A stretch of 64,000 bases of DNA from Vitrella brassicaformis CCMP3155 (lineage: Eukaryota > Protista > Chromerida): NCBI GenBank assembly GCA_001179505.1, contig CDMY01000219.1, positions 1-64,000 of the forward strand. The letters run 5' to 3'. Every line of letters begins with the position of its first letter. Position 1 is the stretch's first letter. The notes under the pieces were generated by a model, which was not told where the DNA came from, made no database searches, and was given only the letters and a program-made list of their open reading frames with translations. Positions 13,401 through 27,054 of the stretch are shown piece by piece. The translations under genes were made by a program, and so were the position numbers.

Positions 13401-14611
13401 GAGACACACACACAAGGGGGCGAACTCAACGCACGCGCCCAGAAAAATGCTGCTACGCCCTGCATGGTATGCAATAAGATGTCACTCTCCATCCTGTTGC
13501 TGCTGTCTGCTGCTGCGTCGTGCTGTTTGAAAGACAGACAGACGCCCATGAGTGTGTATGTGTGTGTGTGTGTGTGCACCGGAATGCGTGGATGCGTGTG
13601 CCGTCGGTGCCGTCGGCTTGAGGGCAAGAAGAAGCAAGGCAACACCACACCAGACCACACCACACAGCACCACACACACCAAACAACCGGCCGGTGGCGA
13701 ACGCAACGCAACGCCAAAACACGGGGGATGGATGGATGCATGAGCTCTTTGAAAGACACAGACTGCTCTCTCTCTCTGTCTCTCTCTGTCTCTCTCTCCC
13801 CGCCCCCCCGCCCCCAATCTGTCTGTGTGTGTGGGGGGGGGTGGGCAAGGGCCAGCTGGGGAAGCACACAAGCAGTAAGTAAGATTAGCATTCATTAAGG
13901 CAGCGCTAAGACAGCACAGTCAGTCAGTGATCACTCGAGTGTCTCCATGGAATGGAGAGATGCATGTATGTGTGTATTGGGCGTGAGACATGAGCGTTAA
14001 ACAAACCACACGGGAGCGGTGCCCGCCTTGCTGCGCAGACATTGATCATGCAGTCATGGTCACATAGACACACACACACACCACACACACAGAGGGAGGG
14101 AGAGATGGATGGATGATGGGGCAAAAAGTGGGCACCCCATTCTGTCTCTCTGTCTCTCTCCGTCTCCCCCTTTCCCCTGCCGCGTGTGTAAGGGTATGTG
14201 TGTGTGTCTGTGCGTGTCTGTACAAGACGCGGCGGGCACGCGCAGCGGTAGTAGTAGTATCAAAAAAGGTCGATAGGGCAGAAAGGCAGAATACACACGG
14301 GAGCTTCACAGTTGGACAGCGGCGTGGCCACGGACTGGACTGAGGGAAGAGTGGACGGGCAGTAAGCAGTGGGTGAGTGAGCAGAAGAGAAAAATCCCCG
14401 AGGACACGCAGCTAGCTTGTAGGTGAAGATGCTGCCTCTCTCTATGAGCGTCATTCTCGGGTGTTGTGGTCGTCTTGGAGAGGTATCCTCTGCGTGTTGG
14501 GGGCTGCCAACACGCAGGACACCTCAATGAGCACCACAGCACACGAGAACAATCTCCCCGCAGAGGTAACCGCAGCGGATCGGTACAGCGTCCCTCCTCC
14601 CCCTCTCCCAC

Positions 14612-16476
14612 TCACTGCCCCGCCACCTCCACCGTCACACACGTGCTCGTGGTCGATGCAGCCACCCCATCACAGCCATCTCCAGCCACCGCAGCAGTGG
14701 CCAGCTTGGTGGTGGTGGTGGTCTTGTCGACACCGTGGTGTTGGTGTTGGTCGTCTTTGCTGAGTGCGGGTGGGGTGGCGTCGCCCTTGCCCTGGATGTG
14801 CTCGCGGATCTCGGGGTCGGACTCCATCATCGACACAGCGGCGGGGAACAGCGGCCAGATGCGCTCAACCAACAGCCAGTTGGGCGCCTGCATGAACGAA
14901 CGAACATGCATCACGTCACGTAGGCACGCACACACAGTGAGGGAGTGGATCCGTCGAGTCGTGAGCTTCTTGCGCCTCCCTCCCTCCCTGACTCACCGGC
15001 TGGCTGTCTGTGGCGGCCCTGCCCCTGCCAGCACACTGCTGCTGCGTCGCCGCCCCATCGCCGCACCCGCACACGCCGTCGCCCACAGTGTACCTCCGGC
15101 CCCTCGCGCGCCGATGAACAAACGCACTCCCCCCACTGTCGGCGGCGTCGCTCTGCGACAGCACGTCGCTCTCGGACTCGACCTCGATCTCGCTGTGGGT
15201 CTCACAGGTGCTGCTGCTTGAGAGGGTCGTGCAGGTGGGGGACGCAATCGACGGGGCCTTGCTGCTGCTGCTGCTGCTGCTGGTGGTGGTGGCGGTGGTG
15301 GTGGGGGGTGAGGGTGCCCATGGTGGGAGGGATTTGGGGAGGGAGGCCTTGAGGGACTCGATGGCGGTAGCCGACTCGTGCTTGCCCAGGATCCACGCGG
15401 CCATGTCGATCTTCGAGAGGAACTCATCCAGCTGCACCGCACAGCGCAGCACAGCACAGCGCCCCACATGGTACGTACGCACCAGGTGTGATTCTGTCTG
15501 TCTGTCTGCTGCTTCTGTCTGTGTGTCTGTGTGTCCAGTTGACCTTGTTTTGTATGATGCGTCTGAGGAGTGGGTCGTTCTCGACGTCGCCAGTGGCGTG
15601 CGATGCGTCGCCCTGCATGCCCACGATGAACGTTGCCGCCACACGAGAGACGTACACAGATGACAGATACAAGACGCTCGGGAACACATCACCTGACACA
15701 CACAACACGGCAACAAGGCCGGCAGGTGCGTCTCGAATCAAGTATATAAGGGCCCTCCCCTCTCGGCTCTTCACACACAAGACTCTTGAGGGGTCGCTCC
15801 CTCCCTCTCACCGTTGGCCTTTCTGCTCTGCAGGACGCAAAGGTACTTGCTGTGCCGCCTCACACACTCGCGGATGCGCTCCCGCGTGGCCTCGGGGACG
15901 TCGCAGCACTCCCCACACATGGAGGTAATGGAGCTCAGGGGGCGGCCGATGAAGGCAAACTCGTCGTACCTGACACACAACACAGAGACACTCGTAAACA
16001 ACGCACACGCACCCCAACCAAACCCCACCCCTCGCCGCACCGTACAGGGCAGTGCGCACCCACCCAGCCACCACACTCACTCACCCAGTCATTTTGGTGT
16101 AGCCGGGGGAGCAGCCGATGAGGGGTGCGTCTGGCCTGCGCGGATCAGAAACTATGAGGGAGAACTTGATCCCGCAGACCTGCATTTCGTTCCGCACAGT
16201 CAGAGGTAGCACAGCCACACAGTGTGTCTGTGCCCAGTGTGCCGGCAGCCGCCCTCCTGTACGTACCTTGGGGAGGTGCTCTATGGCGTGTTCGATGACC
16301 CATCTGTTCTGCACACCGGGGGAGGGCAGCCTCTCGCCAGGGCTTCTCCGCATCACACGCCGCAGCGGCAGGCTAGCGCACCGCCGAGGGAAGAGACCCT
16401 CCCTGTTCGTCATGGCGAAGTTTCGCGTGGCTCCCTCCCGTCTTTCTCCCTCGCTGTCACAAACCCTATAACCCAT
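14612..16476 (-). CDS. PAS-domain protein (LOV-like fold lacking the canonical GxNCRFLQ motif) with Ser/Thr-rich C-terminal region; first exon uncertain
   Basis: Exons 16179-16085, 15969-15812 and 15692-15544 splice in frame to FSLIVSDPRRPDAPLIGCSPGYTKMTGYDEFAFIGRPLSSITSMCGECCDVPEATRERIRECV...VLQSRKANGDVFPSVLYL...FIVGMQGD, which follows the LOV/PAS pattern. Stop at 14612-14614. Confidence 0.75.
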
Positions 16477-16625
16477 ACCCTGCAGCGACTCAGCCAGCCT
16501 CCTGTGTAGATCTTGCTTTGACGTGCTTCACAGCCGCTCACACGTCGATTAAGTCGAATCGAACAGCGAGAGAGGGAGACGGCGCTAGCTGAGACGCGCG
16601 GGCCCCCACGCCGCCCCAGAGAAGG

Positions 16626-18871
16626 ATGTCGGGTGCAGGTGTTGACATGATAAGCGACGTCTGGGAGGCCGGAGACTACCTCTGTAACCAATATGCAAAC
16701 ACGGCACATGATGCAGTTTCATGCATTGCACAATTCATGAAATGCCGCTCTGCTCTGTCTGCGTTCTGTTGTGCATCCCTTGTCTGTCTGCTCAGGTAAT
16801 GCGGTGGTGAGAGAGGTCACCAGGCCCAGTGTCGACGGCATCGGCAGGATCAGCCAGCACATCAAGCAGGCCGCCAACCAGAAGAGCTTCCGCGAGAGCT
16901 ATGAGGCAGAGCAGGCCGCCATCCAGGAGCTGCGCGACCAGTTCCTGCGGTTCCAGCTCGAGGAGGAGCGCCGCTCACTGGAGACGGCTCACAACCAGCA
17001 CCGGATCGACAAGCGCGAGAAACACCTGTTCATGAGCATCGCCACGTCAGGCAGCCTCACGGAACTCAGCAGCCACCTGCCGCCGTTTCTCTCCCACCTC
17101 AGCCGCACCCTCGGCACCACCGGCACCTATCTGGCGGAGATGAGACAGAGGGAGGGGGAAGACGTGCTGGCTTACTTTGCCGCCTCCAGGGGACAGGAGT
17201 TCCTCATCGGCCAGGTGCTGTCGCGGAGCCAGGGGGTGGCCTGGCGTGTGCTGGAAGAGGGCGAGGGCGAGGGCGGTGGAGAGGAGGAAGGCGAGGCAGC
17301 CCCCGACGCCCTTGCTTTGGCCCAGAGGACCGAGGCCCTCGACCGCTCGGACAAGGACGTGCCGATCCTCCGTGTCTTCCACGCGCTGGACCTCCCGTCC
17401 CTCCACTTCTTCCGTCTGTCCCGGCCCGGCGAGTTCTTCGCCCTTCCCGTGGTCTTTTCGGGCCCTCCGTCGCCCCCCCTGGTGAAGCATCTCACCGCCT
17501 CAATCACCGCGGCCATGGACGCCCGTCTCAAGTTTGAGAGCGACATTATCGACGAGGAGCGTGCCAAGGAGGAGGCCAAGGAAGCGGCGCGGAGGGCTGC
17601 TGAAGCGGCGGCCACGACCGGCAAGGGCAAGAAGGGGGCTGCCAAGGCCAAGGCGGCGCCGATCCCCGAGCCACCCAAAGAGGAGGAGAAGGACGAGAAG
17701 GGACCGGAGAAGATCTTTGACTTCTTTGCCGATGCTGCGGTCTTCCCACCTCCCATGGACGGCTCCCCCCAGTGCAAGTGGGTGTTTTGCGGCGACACAT
17801 GTGGCGACCAGCCGCGCTTTCGGGAGCCGCTGGCCACCTCGCCCACCGACACGGCCACCGCATGGAACCGGCGACTGGTGGAGGAGGGCCACACGGGTGC
17901 GCTGCTCGATGTCGACTCTGACCGGCAGCTGACGGACAGCCAGGTGTGCAAGGTGAGGAGCGCCGGCAGGTGGCTGATGGAGCACACCGGGCGAGCTGCC
18001 TTGGCCAGCGCCATGCGGACGGCGCGGATCACGGCTCTCATGCAGAGGGGGACGCTGCCGGACATCCTTGCTGCTACACAACAGGTCTGGGGCTCATGAC
18101 AGCGACGGCAAGGATATGTGGGTGCTGAACGAGTATATAATGGCTGTGCTGTCTCTGTCAGGAGATGGAGGCCCGTGTGAGTGCGGTACGTCCGGCAGCT
18201 GTAGTGGCTCCCAAGGCGGCCCCGAAGGCTAAGGCCAAGGGCAAAGCCGCCAAGAAGGGCAAAGAGGAGCCACCACCGACGGCAGAACTGACGCCAGAAC
18301 AGGAGCAGGTGAGAGACAAGGAGAGAAAGAGAGATATGCAACGAGTGCAGTTGTTGATGCACTCGTATGCTGCAGGAGATTCGCGAGATCCAGCTGCAGT
18401 CACACCGGACCACTCTCGAGCAGACCGTCAAGTCGCTGCTGCTAGCATACAGGTCAGATCAGACGCTATCAACAGATATCTATGGGATACACATGGTATG
18501 TGTCCTTTGTTCAGGCCAGGCGAGCAGGTGGGCTTCCCTGCTTCATGTGCCCATCTGTTCGAAGGCCTCTTCACTCTCGCTGGGCTGCCCCTTGCCGTCT
18601 ACGCCGCATCTGTCGACGCTACTGGTAAGCGAAAATTGCCACCACACACTAGACGGACAGAATCAGCTTCTTGCGTGTTCAGGGCTTGTGTCTGATTCTG
18701 TGGATTGGCGGCGTGTGGAGGAGCTGTGGAGCGATGACGTGCTCAAGGGCATCCTCACCTTCGCCGTCGACCGCGTCGACCGGCCACTGTCACTCACACG
18801 CATCAAGGAAAAGCTCGGAGACATCAAAGTAGCCACGCCGGCGTACCCACTCGCACACACAGTCACCAAAT

Positions 18872-18902
<31 letters not shown>

Positions 18903-21900
18903 CAGGCGGAGGAGTTGGATGAGGTGTATTTGCCGTGGGGTGTGTTGGGCCGCTGGCTCGCTGCCGTGGCCGAATGCCGACCCTACTACACCGCAAAAGC
19001 AAAGGACACTCTTGCTGAAGTGAGTTGTGAATCTATGAGACACGAGACACAGAAGCAAATCGTCTCGATTCTCATGTCTGTCTGTCTGTCTGTCTGTTTG
19101 TCTGCCAGTTGTCAGACGTGAGGCTGTTGACGGTCGACGTGACGTACTTCGAGGAGGAAGCCGAGGCAGAGGAGCAGGAAGGACAAGCAAAGGAGGGCGC
19201 CGAGGCAGGTGAGTCACAAAAGTCACACAATCACACAGCCAGCCGGCCAGCTAGCATCACCATTGTCCATCCATCCACTGGCAGAGGCAGCGGCCGAGGA
19301 GGGCGAGGAAGGTGAGGAGGAGGAAGAATGCGAGGCCGAGCAGGAGGCTGAGAAAGGAGAGGCAGAGGAAGAGGAACCGACCGAAAAGCCTTTCAAACCA
19401 CTCACACAAGGACACATCGACTTGTTTGTCGACCGGGCCTTCACCGCAGGTGGGTTTGGTTTGGTTTGCATTGCACAACAGAAACACCTCGCACACACTG
19501 CCCACCCTCTCCTCTCGTTGTTAGTCTCAGATGGCGGCCGTCTTGGCTCCGTGATGCTGCCACTGGAGGAGGCCGTGATCGACCCACCACCACAGCCAAA
19601 CACAACCACACTCCTCTGGTGCCCGCTGGAACAGGGCGACATCTTTACTCCCTACGAGGGAGGGGACGAGATCATGAAGGAGCTCATCGCAGACAAGGCA
19701 GGCACATACCCACGCACCCATTCACTCAGTCACTCACTCACTCAGCACACCACACGGACGACACCCGTCTCCCTCGCTCTATGTCTCCCGCTTTTCTCAG
19801 GGCTGTCATCTCTTCGTGCTCGGTGACGAGCAAGGCAACGCCATCAATGCCCTCAATCGCACTTTCGAATGGAACCTGGTCGGAGCGCCTCTGCCGGCAC
19901 CTGCACCGCCTGGCAGTGGCCAGCCTGCTGCCGCTGGGTGTCACGTGACGGCCGAGACGGTGCTGCAGTACCCGCTGGCCGCTCTGGGTGGCGGGGAGGG
20001 GGGGCTGGTGGAGGCAGAGCTGCAGACAAAGGCCGCCCTGCCAAACCCACAGTGAGGAAGGCTGTCTGTCTGTCTGTCTGTCTGAATGTCTCCGATACGT
20101 GTGAGTGCACCTGGGCGTGTTGTGTTATGTGTGCGTTTCAGCATCTACCCAGTTGTATCACGTCGGTGCTCCGCTCATCTCGTCGACCCCACCTCTCTGC
20201 CGGCTGACGCATCGGCACCTTTGACTCTCAAAGTGAATAGTCACACAGAAAAGGACGTGGCGCATACACGCACCCTCTCCCTCTCCCGCCCTCTGACAGG
20301 CGCTGGACTGTGCAGTGGTCCGGGAAGGTCGTGGGGAGGTCTGGCTCATCTCGTTCGACCCGGAGACGGCGCCCGAGAGTGTGCAGTCGCTGCTCGCCTC
20401 GATCCTGACGGCAACAGTGCTCAACAAGCGGCCGGTCAAGGGCAAGTTGAGGGGCGCTGCCGACCCGCAGGACTGGCTGGTGGGCGGCAAAGAGGGCATG
20501 CGACATCTCAAGAAGCTCGTCAACTACATGACATTCCCCAAAGGTGACTGACTGGCACAAGCCTCTGTGTGAATGGCGTCATCACTTCTTCCCACATCCG
20601 CTCTCACAGGCAAGAATCCCAACAGTGTAATGGAGCACCCCCCTCCAGCAAACTACAACGAAGAGGACGATGCCGAGGAGGAGCAGGAGGGGGAGCAGGA
20701 GGAGCCCGACGCCGATGCAGAGGCCGAGACTGAGCACGAGCAAGAGGAGGGGCAGGAGGGGCAGGAGGGCGACACATCCCCGTCAAAAAAGAAGCAAGCT
20801 GCTCCGCCGCCCGAGCCCTCGCTGAAGGAGAAGTTGCACAACGGTCTCGTCCATCTGTGGACGTTTGATGAGAGGAAAGATCGCAAAAAGGAGGGTGTCG
20901 AGGTGCCGTTGCCTGTAGCGGGCGAGGCCGCCGAGGGAGAGGATGAAGAAGGCGCTGCTGTGGTGCCAAAGGAGCCGAAAGACTTCTACTGGACCAGCTG
21001 GACGAGCGCTGCAGAGGTGATGATCACCACATTTGACAAAGAAAGAGAGAGAGACACGCCCACGCCATTCGACTCCTTCCATCAGGCCATTTGGCGCGGC
21101 TTGGACGATCCCCCTGTCGCCCCTCCGGGCCTCTTTGGCGGCGCCATCCGCCTCACCGGCCCCTCACACCACATGACAATAACCGACCTGCTTCCGCGCC
21201 CCTTCCCCCCTCACGACACACTCGAAATGGAAGATCTGTCGCTCGAAGGCATCGGCGGCGGCTGGACCATCGCCCTCTGGTTCAGGCCTGCAGTCAAGAC
21301 GACGGAGAGCGAGCAGCGGCTGCTGATTGTCAGGGGGGTGGGCGAGGCAGACAAAGGCCTGGCGCCGCTGAATGGCTGTGAGGTGTGCGTCAACGGGCAG
21401 GAGCGGCTGGTGTTCCGGAGTGGCAAGAATGTCGGTGTGGCGCCTGAGAAGGAGGAGGAGCCTCCTGAAGAGGAGGAGAAAGAGGGTGAGGCCGAGGGGG
21501 AGGCCGACAAGGAAGGAGACGAGGGCGGCGCGGACGAACAGGAAGTAGAGGCCAAGGAGGAGGCCGCTGAGGAAGAGGTAGAAGCGGAAGCTGAGCAGGA
21601 GGAAGAGGTGGTCGTTGACCCGCTGACCGACATCATTGCAGACGAGGTTGGCTAACGCCCATCCATCTTCACTTCCACGCCTGTCTCTGCCTGTGCCTGT
21701 GAAGGACCGTGAGTTGATCGAGGGCACGTCTTTGGACTACGTGATGTTCATGGAGTGGAACTGCCTCGTCATCACACAGAAAGGGCCTTACAGATACCTC
21801 TACCTCAACGGTAAGTGAAAAGAGAAGATGCACACATTCAGAAAAGATACTTACTTCTACACACACGTCACACAGGTCGGTATCAATCCTCGTGTCGCCA

Positions 21901-22490
21901 CTACATGGGCCCCAGTGCTATATCCACCTGGCACCAGGGCGACCCCCTGCCGCAGGAGGAGGGCAGCGAGCATCCACCAGGGCCGTCCATCCAGAGCCCC
22001 CTCCCCACTGGCCTCACTCTCGGCTGCCAAGCGGTGGAAGGCTGGAACGTGGCCTTCAAGGGTGACGTGTGCCAACTGGCCATCTGGGACAGACCCCTGC
22101 CGACCAAAGAGGTCCATGGAAGCAAGAAGACATGATGGACCTCACACAGAGGACATGTCTCTGTCTGTCTTCTTGGTCTCCCTTGGTCCCCAGAGTCGCG
22201 ACCTGTTCATAGCGTCTCACGTGCGGTCCATCCTGCTTCCGCCGCTGTCGCCTCCCCGGCCACCCATCGTCACTCTCCTGCACGCAAACCCGCTGCTGCG
22301 CCTCTCCGCCGCGCAGAGCCTGGTGGCTCTTTTGCAGGAGCTGACCCTGCCGCTTGGCAGCCCACTGGAGAGCTCCGCCGACATGGAGGTGCAGGTGGAG
22401 TTCCACCCATTCGACGAGCCGTCTGCGCGGACACTGGTGGAAAGCGCCACAGCTGATGTGGATATGCTGGTCGGTGCCGTGCATGGCGGA

Positions 22491-22527
<37 letters not shown>

Positions 22528-23478
22528 GCATCTTGTGTGCAGGTATTGCCTCCGCTAGAGCGGTCCGCTTGTGTCGTTCCGAAGCGAGAGGAGGTTTTCG
22601 CCTGGAGGCGGCAGGGCTTCGAGGGCAAGGCCTTCCTGGGAGACGTACGCACGCAAGCAACGCACATATGGGCGTCGACGGGTGTCAATCAATGCATGCA
22701 CGTCGCTTGGTCTGTCGGTCTGTCTGTCTGTCTGAGTGGTGTGTGTCGAGCAGGAGGAACTGGACATCCTGCGAGGATACGTACGTCGGGGCGGGCGGCT
22801 GGTGGTCTTCACTGACCCATACAAATATGCACTCGAGCTGCTCGGTACGATGCATGTCTCCGTCGTCCATTGCACATGCACCTCCTTGTCACTCACTCTT
22901 GGTGCCCAGGCCACCTGTTCGAGTCCTTCAAGCTGCCGTCAGCCCACGCGACATTTGAACCACCGCGGCCCCCGCCTGCCTCCCCACTGTCCCTCGCCCC
23001 TCTGCAGTTCGCATCACGACTGATCCTGCCTCCACCCCTGCAGGACTTCTTCCACACGCACACGTGCCCCCCACTGTTTCCACGGTCGGAGTGGACCGCA
23101 CCGGCAGCGTTCTCGCCATTCGACCTGCCTGAGACTGCCATCCCTGTGTACGGGATGGAGGGCGTGGGGGCGTTCAGCGTCAAGCAGGCGGAGGGCAAGG
23201 TGACGTATTTCGCCTTCGGACAGGAGGTGGGCAGGGAGGTGGCCGTCATGGAGAAGAGGGCGGGGGAGGGGAAGGAGGGTGAGGCTGACCCTGTGCCAAA
23301 GGGAGGCTGGCGAGAGGTGAGCTCAAACATCTGTGTAGAGGAAGGCAGACAGGGAGACGGACAGGCAGACAGACAGACAGACAGTCCTGGTTGAGCCGAT
23401 GGTGTGTGTGTCGTGTCTATCTTGCCTTGTCAGGTCATGTGGGGCATCATGAAAGGGCCACAGGTGATGGACTACTAA
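16626..23478 (+). CDS. Large multi-exon hypothetical protein: coiled coil, possible GAF-like region, Glu/Lys-rich linkers and a LamG/concanavalin A-like domain; possibly flagellum-associated
   Basis: ATG 16626 splices in frame to the long ORF at 16797. A chain of coding exons follows, with ORFs of 442 and 360 aa. LamG-like motifs: HLWTFDE, GLFGGAIRLTG, WTIALWFRP, WNCLVITQ..YLYLNG, FKGDVCQLAIWDRPL. Stop TAA at 23476-23478. It could be two genes; function is inferred. Confidence 0.6.
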
Positions 23479-23968
23479 AGAAGGCCATGACTGTGTGACA
23501 GTGAGTCTCACTTTGGAATCGGATTCCATAGCTTGAGACGAGGCTTGAGATGCATCGCAGTATAGCACAGTGTGCATGCAAGAACTGACCATTATAGCAC
23601 CCAATCGCACCAACGGAATAAATCAATGAGAAGAATCCATCCTGCATCGATGCAAGCTCGCTCGCGCCCCCCAAATCCTTGGGGGCAACTAGAGACTCTA
23701 ACGTCCAGGCTCCCCTCAGGCCCTCCTCCTCACCCCCGTCGGTTGTCGTAGTTTCGTTGTCGTGATTTGTCGTTAAGTGTCTGTCGTTGAAGGCCAATGA
23801 AGGGCGAAAAAGGAGCCGAGCCACAGCAGGTATGGACGACCTCACGACGCCACTGGGCGGCTGCCGTGGCATGCATGCTATGCAGCTGGGCTGCCACTGG
23901 TGGATGGAGAGAGAACGGTCGTGTTGATCATAGCTAAATTCTGTGGATTTTGGTGTTGGTGGGTGCAG

Positions 23969-26086
23969 ATGGTGATGCAGCCCCAGGCGTATGGACAGCC
24001 CCAGGTCATGCAGCCTGTCGCACAGATGCAGATGCAACCTGGTAGGCTTCATTGTACACACACACACAGAGGCCCCGGGCCGAATAACGCGTCCGTCTCT
24101 GTCGAACGAAACGTCTTCGCTCCTTCTGGACGGCTGCAGGCATGATGGTGATTAACACGGACCCGTGGGCCATCCTGAGCGGTCAGCTGAGAGCCAATCT
24201 GATGATACCATTGCGCGTGCATTGTCCATGTGTGTGTGGGGGCGGATGGCTGGGATACACCAGGCATGACGGGTGCTGAGATCAAGGAGCGCGTTCGCAT
24301 GGCTGAGGCCATCCTCGGCTGGGAGCAAAACAATATGTACGCTGTACAGCCACCCAGCCAGGCCAGGGAGGGGTCACTGCACGACCCCGGCGCTTCTGAA
24401 CTCTCTGATATGCGCTATGTGTGTCCGTGTGTCATGTCAGCTATGATATCAAGGACCAGAATGGGAACCCCGCGTTCATCGCTAAGGAGGACACGGACAC
24501 CTGCACCCGGCTCATCGGCATGTGCTGCCCTGTGTAAGACATACGCACACTTCTCAACACACACAGGGTCGCACTATGACCACACGAGAGAGAGACACGG
24601 AGAGAGAGATGCCATATATGTCCTTATATGTGGTCTCAATTGACTTGTTTCCGTCCAGTCAGGACTGCCGCATGTTCAAGTTGGACATCTCCGTGCCGCC
24701 CAGTCAGCACACACACACACACACACACATGGCCAAGGGTGCAGGTGCACACCCTCCCTTTATCCCGGCTTGTTCTTTCTGTGCTCTTTCTGTCTGTCCC
24801 CCCAACCCCCCCGCAGTGCCTGGCGCGTCGCCCCCTCCCTTCCTGCATCTGGACCGGCCCTGGACGTGCACATGCTACTGCTTCAATAGGTGAGGACACG
24901 CGTGAATGAATACTCAAGACGTTGTCATCGCAGGCAGGAAGTTCACTGCGGGCATGTTATGTTTTGAGTGCAGACCGAAGGTCACGGTCACGGATCTGAC
25001 GGCTGGAGGTCCGTCTGTCTGTCGCGACGACCGACCGATGCACACATATGTTGCCTGGCTGATGGCTCAAGGCTGAAGGCGGTGGGATGTGTCTGTGTCT
25101 GTATGTTGTCAGGTGAGGTCATCGGTACCATGAGGGACCCCTGGTGCGCGAGAAGATTTCACAGACAGACAGACAAGGACAATGCGTGTGTCTTCTCTCT
25201 GAGCCACACATGCCTTCGTTCTGTTTATATCCTGCAGGCACTGCTGCAACTACAACATGCGCATGGCGGACCCTGAGGCATAACCACACGCACACACAGA
25301 GACAGAGACAGAGACATGTGTGTGTGTGTGCATATCTGTGCAGGGCAAGGATGTGTTGAACGTTGAGGCGTCGTGCTGCCAGTGCGGCTTCTGGTGCCCA
25401 CTGCCATGCGGTCAGCGAACCCACACGTCCACACACGTGTGGTGCAGACCCTCTTTGCCAAATATGGGCATCAATGTGTGTGTGTGTGTGTGTGTGTGGT
25501 CAGGCCCGTGCAAGGAGGTCCAGTTCGAGATCACCGACGTTGAGAGCAAACAGAAAGTCGGACACTTCAAGCGCGTAAGACAGACTCTCTCATGCACAGA
25601 GACCACATGCCCATTGTATATGTATGTGTGTGTGTGTGCGTGCCCTCTGTCCTTCCATCTACATGATCATCCGTCAATCAGATCGTCCCGTGCAACCTGC
25701 TCAAGTTCCTCTTCACCGACGTGGACAACTACCAGTCAGCTCACACTCCTCACCCCTCCCCCCCCAGACACAGACACACACAGATGGAGAGAGAGACACA
25801 TGGGCGGGTGGACTGTGTGCGTGTGTTCAGGGTGGAGTTTGGCGGCATCACGGACCCCAAGTGGAAGTCCCTCCTCCTCGCGGCGGCGGTTTTCGCCGAC
25901 TTCCGATACTTTTCCACTAACAGTACGCACTGCTTCATCGCCACCCCCCCCCCCCGGCACACACACAAATGGATTGCACAGATGCACGCCTTTTTGCCTC
26001 TGTATGTGTGTGTGTGTGTGTGGTGGTCACTGCTTGGCTGGCTGGCTGCAGAGAACGAGAACAGCGCCCTCGGGACGATCTCCTGA
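23969..26086 (+). CDS. Phospholipid scramblase family protein, multi-exon
   Basis: Gln/Pro-rich N-terminus; EAILGWEQNNMY, FIAKEDTDTCTR, FLHLDRPWTCTCYCF, EASCCQCGFWCPLPC, KFLFTDVDNY, and VEFGGITDPKWKSLLLAAAVFADFRYF match the scramblase (Tubby-like) pattern. Confidence 0.88.
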
Positions 26087-27054
26087 AGAACCAACTCCTG
26101 ATAAACATACATACACACAACCATAGCATAGCATAGCAATGACACAACACCCAGACACACACAGACACACACACACACACACAGAGAATGGCATTACCCT
26201 GATTGATAGCAGCGCCCGTACACAGACTACACATTCATGTGTGTATGCCTGCGTGCATGGGATGATTTGATTTGATTTTTCGTTTGTTCGTTGGTGCCAT
26301 CTCTGATGGCATGGTGTGGTGTGGTGTGGTGTGTCCGTCGGTGCTCACGGTATGGCTGACGTGGCATGGCATGGTCTGTGTGTTTGGCAGAGCGAATGGA
26401 TGCGTGTGTGTGTGTGTGCACACTTCGGTTGACGGATGGATGGATGGATGGATGTGCGCGATTGGTGTGGTCTAGACAGGCAGACAGACGCCAACTCTGA
26501 CAGACTGAAAACGAGATAAATGAAAGCTACTGGTTGATACGAGTCGCAGAATGGATCCCATCGAAAGCTCGGTCCATGCAGGCAGGTCATTTGCTCACAC
26601 ATACACACATACACACATACACACATACACACATGCATTCATGGCCATCAATCGAATCTCTCTTGCTAATTAGACAGATCACCCACGCACACGCCGCACG
26701 CCGCATACGCCACACACGCCACACACGCAGATGCATCCACGCGCATCGGCCATCCACTCCACTCCACTCCACGCCATCCAGCCATCCATCCACGCCATAA
26801 TCCATGCAGTCGTGAATGCGATATAACACCGCCAGGCACGCACCAAGAAGGGGAGAGAGACGCGTGGCAGACAGACAACTCTTCAGCCGGTCCACGGAAG
26901 CCCATGGAAGACAGAACACGCCCGTGTATGCCTTGATGCAGATGTGTGTGTGTGTGTGTGTGTGTCTACAGAGGGTATCTATCGTTTGTTTCGTGTCCGC
27001 CTCTCGGACGAGCGGCGGGCGCTTCCTTCTCTGTGCTAGCTGTGCTATGTATGT

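Noticed and set aside
10500-14600. Many 60-245 aa ORFs in the CHLH2-PAS intergenic region, including the signal-like MSLSILLLLSAAASCC
   Set aside because: They are dominated by translated microsatellites (THTH, VCVC, DRQT, ERER), with no domain motifs or consistent exon chain.
17172-18431. Long antisense ORFs opposite real genes (also 7911-8837, 53807-55090 and others)
   Set aside because: These are shadow ORFs expected from GC-rich codon usage. The opposite strand carries the recognisable motifs.
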